Assembly: GCA_964554805.1 (NCBI GenBank)
Contig: CAZKPX010000003.1
Span: 76,366 to 140,365, forward strand
Direction: 5' to 3'
Length of the DNA: 64,000 bases
Source of the DNA: an uncultured Candidatus Saccharibacteria bacterium
GTDB lineage: Bacteria; Patescibacteriota; CAZHWT01
The translations under genes were made by a program, and so were the position numbers. This document shows positions 34,879-44,152 of this stretch, piece by piece (the first letter of the stretch is position 1; each line of letters begins with the position of its first letter). A model generated the notes under the pieces. The model saw only the letters and a list, made by a program, of their open reading frames with translations, did not search any database and was not told where the DNA came from.

Positions 34879-37575
34879 ATGTTGTTATTAATTTTGGCAC
34901 TGTTTATTACCGGCACCATTTGTGTGGCATGGACTGTGGCTGGTAGACGAGTAGATGAGGATAAGGAGCCGCAAGAAGTGGTGGAAGGTACCTTGCTGTC
35001 TATTTTGGTGCCAAAAGAGAATGATAAGTCGCCAATGTCAGCTGAAATGATGTTTGCCTCACTGCATGGCTTGTTAAAGAGAACTCCTGGTTTGGAAGAA
35101 CATTTAAGTTTTGAAATTGTGGCCAACAACGACGGTATTCGGTTTTTTGTTTATTTGCCGTCGTATTTCCGAACTTTTGTCGAGGGCCAAATTTATGCTC
35201 AGTATCCCAACGCCAATATAGTTGAGGTAGAGCAAGATTATGCCAAGCACTTTTCGTCTGAGAAGGCTGTGGTGACTGCGGCTGAAATCTCTTTGAGTAA
35301 GGAGTATTTTTATCCTATTAAGACCTTTGTTGATTTTCAGGTTGATCCCTTGGCGGCCGTTACCGGAGCGGTGGAGAGATTGGAAGAAGGCGAGCAGGTT
35401 TGGATTCAGCTACTGCTTCGACCGCTGGACGATGTCTGGCAAGAAGCAGGTTACGCTTATGTAGAAAAAGTTAAAGCCGGTAAAAAAGAGTCACAAGATG
35501 GTTTTTTGATGGCTATTGTGAAGGGCGTGATGGGGGAGCTGGGTATGAATTTGCCGGGAACCGCTTTTGGGATGACGCCAGCTGAAGGGGCTGCTGCAGA
35601 TAAAAAGCCCGAAGGGCCAAAGTTGACGGCTGGTCAAGAGCTGGAGTTGAAGGCTATAGAAAATAAGATGACTAAGCTGGGCTTTGAAACTGCTTTGCGA
35701 ATTGTGGCAGTGGGCGAGACCGCTCAAGCTTCTCAACAATCACTTAATTCAGTTATTGCCTCGCTACGTCAATTTTCGATGACTCATCTTAATAGTTTTA
35801 AGTTATCCGAATTGGATCGAAGTGCCGAAGAGATTTTTTATGAATATCAAGCTCGATCTTTCCCGATTGATGAAGAGAGCTTCTTTGTCTTGAATGCTGA
35901 AGAAGTAGCTTCTATTTTCCATTTGCCAAATAGCTCAGTTGAAACGCCGACTATTGCCTGGAGCAAGTCTAAGCAGCTCGAGCCACCATTAAATCTGCCT
36001 CAAGATGTAAATACTGTCTTTGCTAAAACTGCTTTCCGGAATCGATCGGTACCGTTTGGTATACAGCGCGAGGATCGTCGTCGTCACATGTATATGATCG
36101 GAAAGACCGGTACTGGTAAGTCGACCTTGATGGAAAATATGATTATGCAGGATATTTTGGCTGGTGAAGGTTTGGCCATTATGGATCCGCATGGCGATAC
36201 TATTGATCGATTGCTGGACAATATTCCAGAGCACCGAATCAAAGATGTGGTGTTGTTTGACCCATCAGACACAGCGCATCCGGTCAGCATGAACATGTTA
36301 GAGATGATTAATGAGGAGCAGAAGAGCGTTATGGCTTCGGCCTTGGTGGATGTGTTTAAGCGGCGTTTTGACTCTTGGGGGCCTCGACTTGAATATTTGC
36401 TGCGTAATTCTATTTTGACATTGCTGGAAGTGCCAAATACGACTCTATTGGGCATTAATCGATTGTTGATTGATAAAGAGTATCGCAAATATATTGTGAG
36501 CTTGATCGAAGATGAGCAGTTGCGGAATTTTTGGAATAAAGAGTATGCGACCATGGCCTCTAATGATCGATTGATCACCGAAGCTGTAGCTCCGATTCAA
36601 AACAAGGTAGGTCAGTTCTTGCAGACGCCGATTATCCGCAATATTGTCGGTCAGGCCAAGTCGACTATTCGGGTTGAGGATATTATTAATGAGAATAAGA
36701 TTTTCTTGATTAACTTGTCCAAGGGTAAAATCGGTGAAGATAACTCGTCGATGTTGGGTGGAATGATTATTTCTCGCCTGCAGAATGCGGCCATGGCTCG
36801 AGTGAATATTCCCGAAGATCAACGTAAAGACTTTTATGTGTATGCTGATGAGTTCCAGAACTTTGCTACGTCCAGCTTTGCCACGATTTTGTCTGAGGCT
36901 CGTAAGTATCGTCTTAATCTGATTATCACTCACCAATATATTAGCCAGATGCCAGATGAGGTGCGGGAGGCTGTGTTTGGTAACGTTGGGACAACCGTTT
37001 CCTTTACGGTCGGACCAAGTGATGCGACGGTGCTGGCTAGTCAGTTTGCACCAGTATTGCAACCTGAGGATATGGTGCGGCTGGAGAAGCATCATATCTA
37101 TGTTAAATTGATGATTGATGGTATGGAGTCTCGTCCATTTAGTGCCTCGACTTTGCCGCCGATTGCTCGCCACGAAGGCCATAAAGCGGCTATCATTGAA
37201 GCTTCTAGGCTTCAGTATGCACCTAAAACAGCGGCTGAAGTGGAGGAGCGAATTGCCAAGTGGAATATGAAGAAGTTCCAGATTGGGGTAGACGATGTAT
37301 CGGTTAAGCGGATGCGAGATGGTTCGCGCGCAAATGCAGAAGAGGTCAAGGCATCTTCATTGCCAGCTAGTACAGATTCTATCATGCCTCCTCGTCACGA
37401 GCGAGTTATTGGGGCAGGTGGAGCAGAAGCACCTACGGTAGTCACCCCAACTATCATTCGGGGAGTTCCAGGTGGCGTTGGTCATACAACCGTTGTTCGG
37501 CATGTGGCCACTTCCGGATCTAGCGGCGAAATCATCTTGAATAATTCAATTAATCACACAGATACACCACAGTAG
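34879..37575 (+). CDS. VirD4/TraD/TraG-like (type IV coupling protein family) P-loop ATPase with N-terminal TM anchor and a roughly 400 aa unknown N-terminal domain
   Basis: Walker A MIGKTGTGKSTLMEN followed by IMDPHGD. Walker B FYVYADEFQNF, then ARKYRLNLIITHQYISQM (T4CP-type C-motif). One N-terminal TM. Confidence 0.55.
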   Translation: MLLLILALFITGTICVAWTVAGRRVDEDKEPQEVVEGTLLSILVPKENDKSPMSAEMMFASLHGLLKRTPGLEEHLSFEIVANNDGIRFFVYLPSYFRTFVEGQIYAQYPNANIVEVEQDYAKHFSSEKAVVTAAEISLSKEYFYPIKTFVDFQVDPLAAVTGAVERLEEGEQVWIQLLLRPLDDVWQEAGYAYVEKVKAGKKESQDGFLMAIVKGVMGELGMNLPGTAFGMTPAEGAAADKKPEGPKLTAGQELELKAIENKMTKLGFETALRIVAVGETAQASQQSLNSVIASLRQFSMTHLNSFKLSELDRSAEEIFYEYQARSFPIDEESFFVLNAEEVASIFHLPNSSVETPTIAWSKSKQLEPPLNLPQDVNTVFAKTAFRNRSVPFGIQREDRRRHMYMIGKTGTGKSTLMENMIMQDILAGEGLAIMDPHGDTIDRLLDNIPEHRIKDVVLFDPSDTAHPVSMNMLEMINEEQKSVMASALVDVFKRRFDSWGPRLEYLLRNSILTLLEVPNTTLLGINRLLIDKEYRKYIVSLIEDEQLRNFWNKEYATMASNDRLITEAVAPIQNKVGQFLQTPIIRNIVGQAKSTIRVEDIINENKIFLINLSKGKIGEDNSSMLGGMIISRLQNAAMARVNIPEDQRKDFYVYADEFQNFATSSFATILSEARKYRLNLIITHQYISQMPDEVREAVFGNVGTTVSFTVGPSDATVLASQFAPVLQPEDMVRLEKHHIYVKLMIDGMESRPFSASTLPPIARHEGHKAAIIEASRLQYAPKTAAEVEERIAKWNMKKFQIGVDDVSVKRMRDGSRANAEEVKASSLPASTDSIMPPRHERVIGAGGAEAPTVVTPTIIRGVPGGVGHTTVVRHVATSGSSGEIILNNSINHTDTPQ

Positions 37576-37594
37576 TATTAACGAGGAGGTTGTT

Positions 37595-38743
37595 ATGTCC
37601 GAAATAGTATCTCAACAAATTTCTCAACAAGCCTGGGATAATCTTCAGCAACAGGTTAAAACATTGCATGATCAGGTTCAAAGCCTGCAGGCCCTCATGA
37701 CCAAAGCTGGTTTGATAGCGGCCGAAGAAGGCGTGGTTGGAGTATATGAGGGTGAAACAATGGTGGCTGCTGATGGCAGTCGTTATCCGGTGCCACCGAA
37801 TTATGCTTCAAAAACAATGTTGGTATCTGGCGATAGTCTGAGAATGATAGAGCCTGTCGATGGCGGTCAAGCAAAGTATAAGCAAATCGGCAAGGCAGAG
37901 CGGTTGAAGGCTGAGGGATTGCTGGCCAAGAAGGATGGCAAGTTTGAAGTGCTGACCGATCAGGGGTCATTTAAAGTGCTACAGGCAGCGGTTAAGCATT
38001 ATGAAGGCGAAGTTGGTGACACGGTGTTGGTTCAATATGCAAAACAGCATGTCAAGGGTAGTTGGGCAGCTATTGAGAAAATTATTCCGGCAGCCAGTCG
38101 AGCTAGCGCTGCGCCAGCTGCTAATTCGGTGTCGGCCGGGGTTATTAATCCAGCCATGCCGATGCCTACATCAAATATTGTTCAGATAAAACATGCACAT
38201 GCGGCACAAGATATAGCTAAAAGTGAATCAACCGCAACGGCTCCGCAGGCTGTATCTGACCTAGCAGCACCAGTCGCCGCTACTCCTGCTCCTGCTGAGC
38301 CTAAAGCGCCACCTGCTAAGTCAGTTAAGCAAGTGGAGAAGTCGGCTACAGCTGATCAGGCTTCTCGTGCTCCTCGCCAGCAACCTGAGCGAAAACCTCG
38401 GTCGGAGGCTAAACCTAATTCTAGTGGACGCGCTTCGGGCAATCAGCGGAGTGGAGGTGGACGTTCTGATACGGGCGGTCGTTCTGATGCAGGCGGCCGT
38501 CAGCCGTCCGGTTCTGGCCCCAAGAAACCTGGGTTGGGCTCAGCAGCTCGCCCTGCAGCCAAGAAGCCTGGAAGTAGTGGCAGTAGTGGCAGTAGTAGTA
38601 GCGGATCAGCTGCGCCGCGCAATCAAGCGCCTAGGCCAGTAGCAGCAGTGGCACCTAAGCGCGGAGAAGAAGATCGCCCTCTGCCGGTAGATCGAGGCGA
38701 GATCTTGCCAATGGCTGAGTTTGATGATGATGAGTTGATGTAA
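37595..38743 (+). CDS. Hypothetical protein: a roughly 180 aa folded N-terminal domain, then a roughly 190 aa Ser/Gly/Pro/Arg-rich disordered tail, ending in the acidic EFDDDELM
   Basis: GAGGAGG SD. The tail contains RSGGGRSDTGGRSDAGGR and SSGSSGSSSSGS. A 20 nt gap after the ATPase gene suggests an operon. Confidence 0.45.
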   Translation: MSEIVSQQISQQAWDNLQQQVKTLHDQVQSLQALMTKAGLIAAEEGVVGVYEGETMVAADGSRYPVPPNYASKTMLVSGDSLRMIEPVDGGQAKYKQIGKAERLKAEGLLAKKDGKFEVLTDQGSFKVLQAAVKHYEGEVGDTVLVQYAKQHVKGSWAAIEKIIPAASRASAAPAANSVSAGVINPAMPMPTSNIVQIKHAHAAQDIAKSESTATAPQAVSDLAAPVAATPAPAEPKAPPAKSVKQVEKSATADQASRAPRQQPERKPRSEAKPNSSGRASGNQRSGGGRSDTGGRSDAGGRQPSGSGPKKPGLGSAARPAAKKPGSSGSSGSSSSGSAAPRNQAPRPVAAVAPKRGEEDRPLPVDRGEILPMAEFDDDELM

Positions 38744-38886
38744 ATTTCCCTGCGGTTGTATGGGTGAGGTAAGGGTGGTTGGCCTCGGGGCATCTGTGCT
38801 CGGGCACTTCCCGATACGAGTACGAGTGACGAGGACGAGTTATTGAAAGAGGTTGGTCGAAGTTTATGGGTAGGAGTAATAAAATA

Positions 38887-38913
38887 GAGACCCGGGAGGG
38901 TCTCTATTTTTTA
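38887..38913. terminator. Bidirectional rho-independent terminator between convergent genes
   Basis: agagaccc-ggga-gggtctct followed by tttttt. Confidence 0.65.
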
Positions 38914-39732
38914 GTATTCGTTGGCGGAGTAGTTGCCGTCTTCGTCTTCTCTCATTTGCTCGAGAGAGACAGAGTCGAAGTCGTCATCGGGGTGGTTGCT
39001 GCTATCAGCACTTTCGCTATCCCAGTTGTCTACTTCTTCATCGACTAAATTGCCATCAGCTAATGGATCGTCGCTGGCGAGATGACGATCTCGGGCAGAT
39101 AGGTTGGCGTGACTAGTGGAGGAGTGACTCTTGGTGAAGGATATAAACTTGCTGGCTGCAGCTGATTGGTGGAGTTCTCGTAAAAAAACTTGAGGTTGAT
39201 CAGAGGTGCTCATCAGGTGGGCTGAATAGGTGTTGCCGAGACCGATAAGATTTTTGAGATGGCTGCTGAGGTCTTCTTCGAGGAAGCCGAGAACCTGGTC
39301 TTTGGGAGAGAGTAGGGCTAGCTGACCGTTTTTATCAGCAATTTCTAGTTGTTGACCAGAGGCGAATTTGGCAATCTTTTTTAATTCAGGTTTGAAAATA
39401 TTAGCGATCCGGGTGCGACCTGGCTCGTCTAAGAAAAGCTCAGTATGAGAATGGCTAAGGCTGAGAGATGTGCCATGAATCAGCTTTTCAAGGTTTTTTT
39501 GAGCGATAGAATTGTAGGGGTCGATGTCAAGGACTTGTTGATAGGTTTGTTTGGCCTGGTCCTTTTGGCCAGTTTCTTGGAGCGCTCTGGCTAAACGGTT
39601 GAGAGTCTCAATGCTTTTGGGGTTATCCTCGAGATATTCTTTGTTGAGAGCAATCGCTTCTTGCCATTGTTGACCAAGGGCGGCTTTGACAGCTCTGCTG
39701 GCTAAATCTTCTAGTTCTAAAACGGTTTTCAT
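38911..39732 (-). CDS. TPR-repeat protein with an acidic C-terminal tail
   Basis: Three to four TPR-like helical repeats (AIALNKEYLEDNPKSIETLNRLARALQETGQKDQAKQTYQQVLDIDPYN). The C-terminal 80 aa are D/E/S-rich. Confidence 0.5.
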   Translation of the reverse strand: MKTVLELEDLASRAVKAALGQQWQEAIALNKEYLEDNPKSIETLNRLARALQETGQKDQAKQTYQQVLDIDPYNSIAQKNLEKLIHGTSLSLSHSHTELFLDEPGRTRIANIFKPELKKIAKFASGQQLEIADKNGQLALLSPKDQVLGFLEEDLSSHLKNLIGLGNTYSAHLMSTSDQPQVFLRELHQSAAASKFISFTKSHSSTSHANLSARDRHLASDDPLADGNLVDEEVDNWDSESADSSNHPDDDFDSVSLEQMREDEDGNYSANEY

Positions 39733-39998
39733 GAGGTCTCCTTATCCAAGTGGCTGCATATAGACGAGCTGTATTATACCGAAAGTTTTTAAAATTACAA
39801 TATTAACGGAAATGACTTGTCTGGGATGCGATCAAAGAGGCAGCCGTCTCAGATAACTAGCTGGCTTTGGGTATTGATCTTTGCTATAATAAGGGTCGTT
39901 TTACGGCTTGTCAATAATAAGTATGTGGATTTGATCAAGCAGAATATCAATTAAAAGGGCTAGTTTGATTGTTATAGACGAGTGAAAGGATTTTTGTT

Positions 39999-40706
39999 AT
40001 GTCAGGACATAGTAAATGGTCAACTATTAAGCGAGCCAAGGGCGCGGCTGATGCCAAGCGTGGTTTGCAATTTTCAAAATTATCTCGGGCTATTACTGTA
40101 GCTGCTAAGCAAGGTGGGCCGGATCCTGCAGCTAACTTGCGCTTAAAAATGGCAGTTGAAGCGGCCCGTGCGGCAAGTATGCCTAAGGATACAATTAATA
40201 GAGCCATCGAAAAAGCCAGTGCTACGGGTGGTGATTCTATTGAGGAATTAGTGTATGAAGGGTATGGCCCTGGTGGAGCAGCCTTGTTGATTGAAGTGCT
40301 GACTGATAATCGCAACAGATCAATTGCTGAGGTGAGGACTATCTTGAATAAGAATGGCGGAAGTATGGGTGACTCCGGATCGGTGGCCTGGCTGTTTAAG
40401 AATCAAGCTATTATTGAGCTGGCGATAGCGGGGCATGATGTTGATGAGTTGTCTATGGCGGCCATTGAGGCCGGTGCTAATGATTTGAATGCTGAGGATG
40501 ATCGATTAGTGGTTTTGAGTGATGTGGAGGCAGCTGGAGCCGTTGTCGAGGCGTTGTCGGTCTATGGCGATGTGGCGACTACCAGTCAGTTGATGCCAAA
40601 TACTCCACTAGAGCTATCTAAAGAAGATGAGGAGAAATTGGTGCATTTGGTGGAGCTTCTGGATGATAATGATGATGTGTCCAATGTGGCGACAAATGCG
40701 CTTTAG
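39999..40706 (+). CDS. yebC: YebC/PmpR-family transcriptional regulatory protein
   Basis: MSGHSKWSTIKRAKGAADAKRG is the invariant YebC N-terminus. 235 aa. Confidence 0.9.
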   Translation: MSGHSKWSTIKRAKGAADAKRGLQFSKLSRAITVAAKQGGPDPAANLRLKMAVEAARAASMPKDTINRAIEKASATGGDSIEELVYEGYGPGGAALLIEVLTDNRNRSIAEVRTILNKNGGSMGDSGSVAWLFKNQAIIELAIAGHDVDELSMAAIEAGANDLNAEDDRLVVLSDVEAAGAVVEALSVYGDVATTSQLMPNTPLELSKEDEEKLVHLVELLDDNDDVSNVATNAL

Positions 40707-40761
40707 AACGAGGGTGCATATAGAGTAAGATTTAGACGAGCTGATAGAAAGTTGGCTGATT

Positions 40762-41559
40762 ATGGTAACAATTACATGGCCGAGGGTACGTATTGCTAAG
40801 CGCCAGAAGCTGGTTTTGTTGTCGATTGGCTTGACAGTATTGATGGCTGGTAGCCTGATTTTTAGTTGGCCATTATGGAGCGGCTTATTGTTGGTAGGTT
40901 TGGCTTGGGTAGGTTTGGCTTACTGTTTTGAGTGGGACTTGAAGGCGGAGGAGTGGCTATTAATTCCATTGCCGTTGTTAATGGCAGTTAGCGGAGCCTT
41001 TGGTTGGCTCCGATTGTACTCGGTGACGCCTTGGCTGGTGACTGTTGGCTGCTTGGCGTTTGGCATAGCAGTCTATGGACTGTTGCTGACGCTAAATATT
41101 ATTAATTTATCTCGAGTTAAAACGTTGCCATTGGCCAGAACTGCAACAAGCGTGTTGTCGATGGCCAGTCTGACAGTTGGCTTCTTATGGTATTATTTGT
41201 GGCTCTATTATCAGCCGGCTTATATAGTATGGGTGACTGGAGCGATTTTGATTAGTCTGGCTGTTGCTTGGCCGATTATATGGATTGCATTGACAGGGAA
41301 GATGGTAGTGTGGCGTAGTTTGGCCTGGCTGGGTTTGTTGGGACTGATTATGGGTCAATTGGCGGCTTTGGTGGGCTTGTGGCCGCGGTCATTTATGACT
41401 AGTTTATTTTTGGCTGGAAGTTTGTACCTGGTCTTGGGCGTCATCCATTATCAGGAGAAGCGGCAGGTTAATAAAATAATGAACCGTCAGTATACGGTGG
41501 TATTTGGCATCATGTTGGTAGCGTTGTATGTATTTACTAGTTGGTATGGTGGGATATAG
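40762..41559 (+). CDS. Hypothetical polytopic membrane protein
   Basis: 7-8 hydrophobic helices, Trp/Leu-rich, no motif recognised. Confidence 0.45.
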   Translation: MVTITWPRVRIAKRQKLVLLSIGLTVLMAGSLIFSWPLWSGLLLVGLAWVGLAYCFEWDLKAEEWLLIPLPLLMAVSGAFGWLRLYSVTPWLVTVGCLAFGIAVYGLLLTLNIINLSRVKTLPLARTATSVLSMASLTVGFLWYYLWLYYQPAYIVWVTGAILISLAVAWPIIWIALTGKMVVWRSLAWLGLLGLIMGQLAALVGLWPRSFMTSLFLAGSLYLVLGVIHYQEKRQVNKIMNRQYTVVFGIMLVALYVFTSWYGGI

Positions 41560-41939
41560 CAGCTAACCTCCGAGGTTCGGCGGTTAGGGCGACGAGCGAC
41601 GAGTACGCTTTGGGTATTTATCTGGGATAAGGGTGGGGAATAGAGGAGTTAATTGGCAGGGGGTGGGGAAGAGCGATAACTCATAGTTTTGTACTATAGG
41701 ACATATTTTCCATAAAAGTGAGCGTGGAAAGTTAATTTTGTGGATATCTTGGTTGAATGGAAGAAGTGAGCAGGAGGAGAAAACAGGGAAAAATGATACA
41801 GTATGATGCAGTTGGGTGAAGGATATTGAGGCGGAGTGGAGTGAGAGGGGTGATTGATAACGATTATTGATAATTGCTATAGGTCTTCTTTTAACAAGGA
41901 TTGAGCTCAAGGGCGCAATCTAGGCAAGTTATGAATATA

Positions 41940-43080
41940 CTATAGGGTATTTGTTTACTCAAAAAAAGAGTGGTGACTGGAGAGAGTGGAAGTGGTGGAT
42001 AGGGGTAAAAAAATTGGCAAAAATTTGGATGAATTTGGCTTTGACTGGGCAGATAAGGCGAAAATAAACGAAATTTTTGGGAAAATTTTACGAATTTTGA
42101 GGCTAAAACCTAAAATTTGTCAGGACGATAGGTGGACTGCTAATGATAAGCGTATGGATGAGGATATATGGAGCTGATCGACTGGCTGATTAGATAGTTT
42201 AGTTGAGGCTAAAACTCGATTTAGGGGCTCAGGTGTAGGAAGAGTTGGGCCGCATTAGGAATGAATTTTATGGTGGATTGGTATATGGTGGACCTCTCTC
42301 GCTCTGCTGGCGGCCGAGAGAGGTGGTCTTGTAGCCTACTACACGTCTCTAAAGATACATTTAAAGACGTCTTATTTAATTTCACAAATCAGCTCTCCCC
42401 TATGGATTTTGTTACATACAAGACTGCAAATATTTACTAAAATTTTCGATACTATTTGGCCTTTCTGCGGCTGGTCCACTAGCCTCAAAATGCTGTATCT
42501 GAAAAATTATCGAAATTTTGCCAATCTGTTCCCTATTTGAGGCTAAGCTTCGGTAATTTGGGTGATCGTTGTGCGAATTTGTGGCTAATTTAGGCCGTTT
42601 TGCCCGACCTCTCTCCCCTGCTCGGCAGCTTTTAGCAGGTAATACTGCCCTGGTGCTGGCAATTTTAGGCACAACTGGCAGGCTGGTCGTCTTGCCTGCC
42701 AAGGGGTTGCGCAGGGGGATGGTTACCAAAGCTTGTTAAGAGCTTTGGTGAGTGACGGGCGACGGGCGACGAGAGGGTGTGTGGATAGTAGGATTTGGGC
42801 TGTTTTTTATTCGGGATGCGTATCAACACGTCGCTTGTCGCACGTCTCTGGATTTTTTAGCCTTGTGACAGCTAAATTAGGTAGCGAGGCGCTAGAAGGG
42901 GTCTAGATGGCGTTTTGGTAATTTAGACCTTTCAATATACCTATTTGGTTTTAATTTGAGTGGCATATTCTCCTGCATGTATGAATTATGATGATTTTGA
43001 GACATGAGACATGCCTAGCTGACCTCCGGAAGTGTCTGAGATCGCTTGCATCTTGACGGCTGACGCTTTACCCTAGATAC
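41940..43080. other. 1.1 kb non-coding stretch upstream of the recombinase, carrying at least 6 copies of a TTTGAGGCTAA(AAC) motif in both orientations plus short hairpins
   Basis: ttgaggctaaaac at about 42105 and 42203, tagcctcaaaatg at about 42481, ttgaggctaagc at about 42537, related ggctaatttagg and ggcaattttagg, hairpin cctctctcg...cgagagagg at 42292-42322. Only weak small ORFs. Confidence 0.5.
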
Positions 43081-44073
43081 ATGTCTGCTGTTAAGCCATT
43101 GGTTACTGACTTTATTGAATACTGTGAATTAGAAAAGAACTTGTCGCAGGGGACGGTTCAGATATACGACTTTTATCTAGGGCACTTTGATGAGTGGTTA
43201 GATAAGACTCAGGGGGCGTCGACAACGGTTGAGGATATAACCTACGACATGGTTAAGGATTATCGATTATTCCTGACTAGGCAGGTTAGCGAAGTGACTA
43301 GGCACGGGTTGAAGCGGTCGTATCAGAACTATTTCTTGGTAGCTATCAGAGCTTTTTTAAAGTTTCTAGCTAAGCGTGGCTATACGGTGCTGTCGTCTGA
43401 CCAGGTGGAGCTGGGGAAACAGGGAGATAGAGTGGTTAAGTTTTTGGATGATAGTCAGCTACAGAGGCTCCTAGAGGCTCCAGATACCACGACCATAGAG
43501 GGGTTGAGGGATAGGGCAATTCTTGAAACTTTATTCTCGACGGGTTTGCGTATTGCGGAGTTGGTTGGGTTGAATAGAGACTCAATTAACCTTGATAAAC
43601 GTGAGTTTGGCATAATAGGCAAGGGGAGAAAGGCTAGAGTAGTGTTCCTGACGGAGACATCTTGTTATTGGCTGGAGCGTTATCTGAGGCTGCGTAAGGA
43701 TGATTACTCTCCCCTTTTTATTCGCTATAAGGGCAAGAAGCACCAATTGGATGATAAAAAGGGTGAAGATCAGCGATTAACGACTCGGTCGATGGCTCGG
43801 ATGGTTGAAAAATATGTCAAACAGCTGGGTCTGCCGGTTAAGGCCACGCCGCATACTTTGAGGCATAGTTTTGCGACTGATTTATTAATTAACGGAGCTG
43901 ATTTGCGGAGTGTTCAGGAGTTGCTAGGGCACTCTAACATTTCGACAACTCAGATATATACTCACGTTACAAATAGTCAATTGCGAAATGTTCACAGTAA
44001 GTTCCATAGTGGGAATGCCTCTCCGTCAGATGGCGGGTCGGAGCGACCGACGACCAGCGACGAGGACGAGTAG
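43081..44073 (+). CDS. Tyrosine site-specific recombinase (XerC/XerD/integrase family) with a repeat-encoded acidic C-terminal tail
   Basis: Catalytic R (GLRIAEL), HTLRHSFAT (H-x-x-R), LGHSNISTTQIYTHV (nucleophile Tyr). The tail ...SERPTTSDEDE is encoded by cgaccagcgacgaggacgag. Confidence 0.8.
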   Translation: MSAVKPLVTDFIEYCELEKNLSQGTVQIYDFYLGHFDEWLDKTQGASTTVEDITYDMVKDYRLFLTRQVSEVTRHGLKRSYQNYFLVAIRAFLKFLAKRGYTVLSSDQVELGKQGDRVVKFLDDSQLQRLLEAPDTTTIEGLRDRAILETLFSTGLRIAELVGLNRDSINLDKREFGIIGKGRKARVVFLTETSCYWLERYLRLRKDDYSPLFIRYKGKKHQLDDKKGEDQRLTTRSMARMVEKYVKQLGLPVKATPHTLRHSFATDLLINGADLRSVQELLGHSNISTTQIYTHVTNSQLRNVHSKFHSGNASPSDGGSERPTTSDEDE

Positions 44074-44152
44074 GGGTCTTCTCTACTCTCAGCGATAGAG
44101 ATCTCACTGAAGTGACTTGCTTGCTTGATGAGTATTAGGTTAGGATAGAGGC

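Noticed and set aside
41986-42177. 63 aa ORF (MEVVDRGKKIGKNLDEFGFDWADKAKINEIFGKILRILRLKPKICQDDRW...) as a small DNA-binding protein gene
   Set aside because: No ribosome-binding site, and it overlaps the TTGAGGCTAAAAC repeat copies. It cannot be supported from sequence alone, so it is reported as part of the non-coding repeat region.
43081-44073. Interpreting the recombinase as definitive proof of a prophage or genomic island
   Set aside because: XerC/XerD-type chromosome-dimer resolvases look the same at motif level, and no phage structural or replication genes are nearby. The island idea is kept as a hypothesis only.
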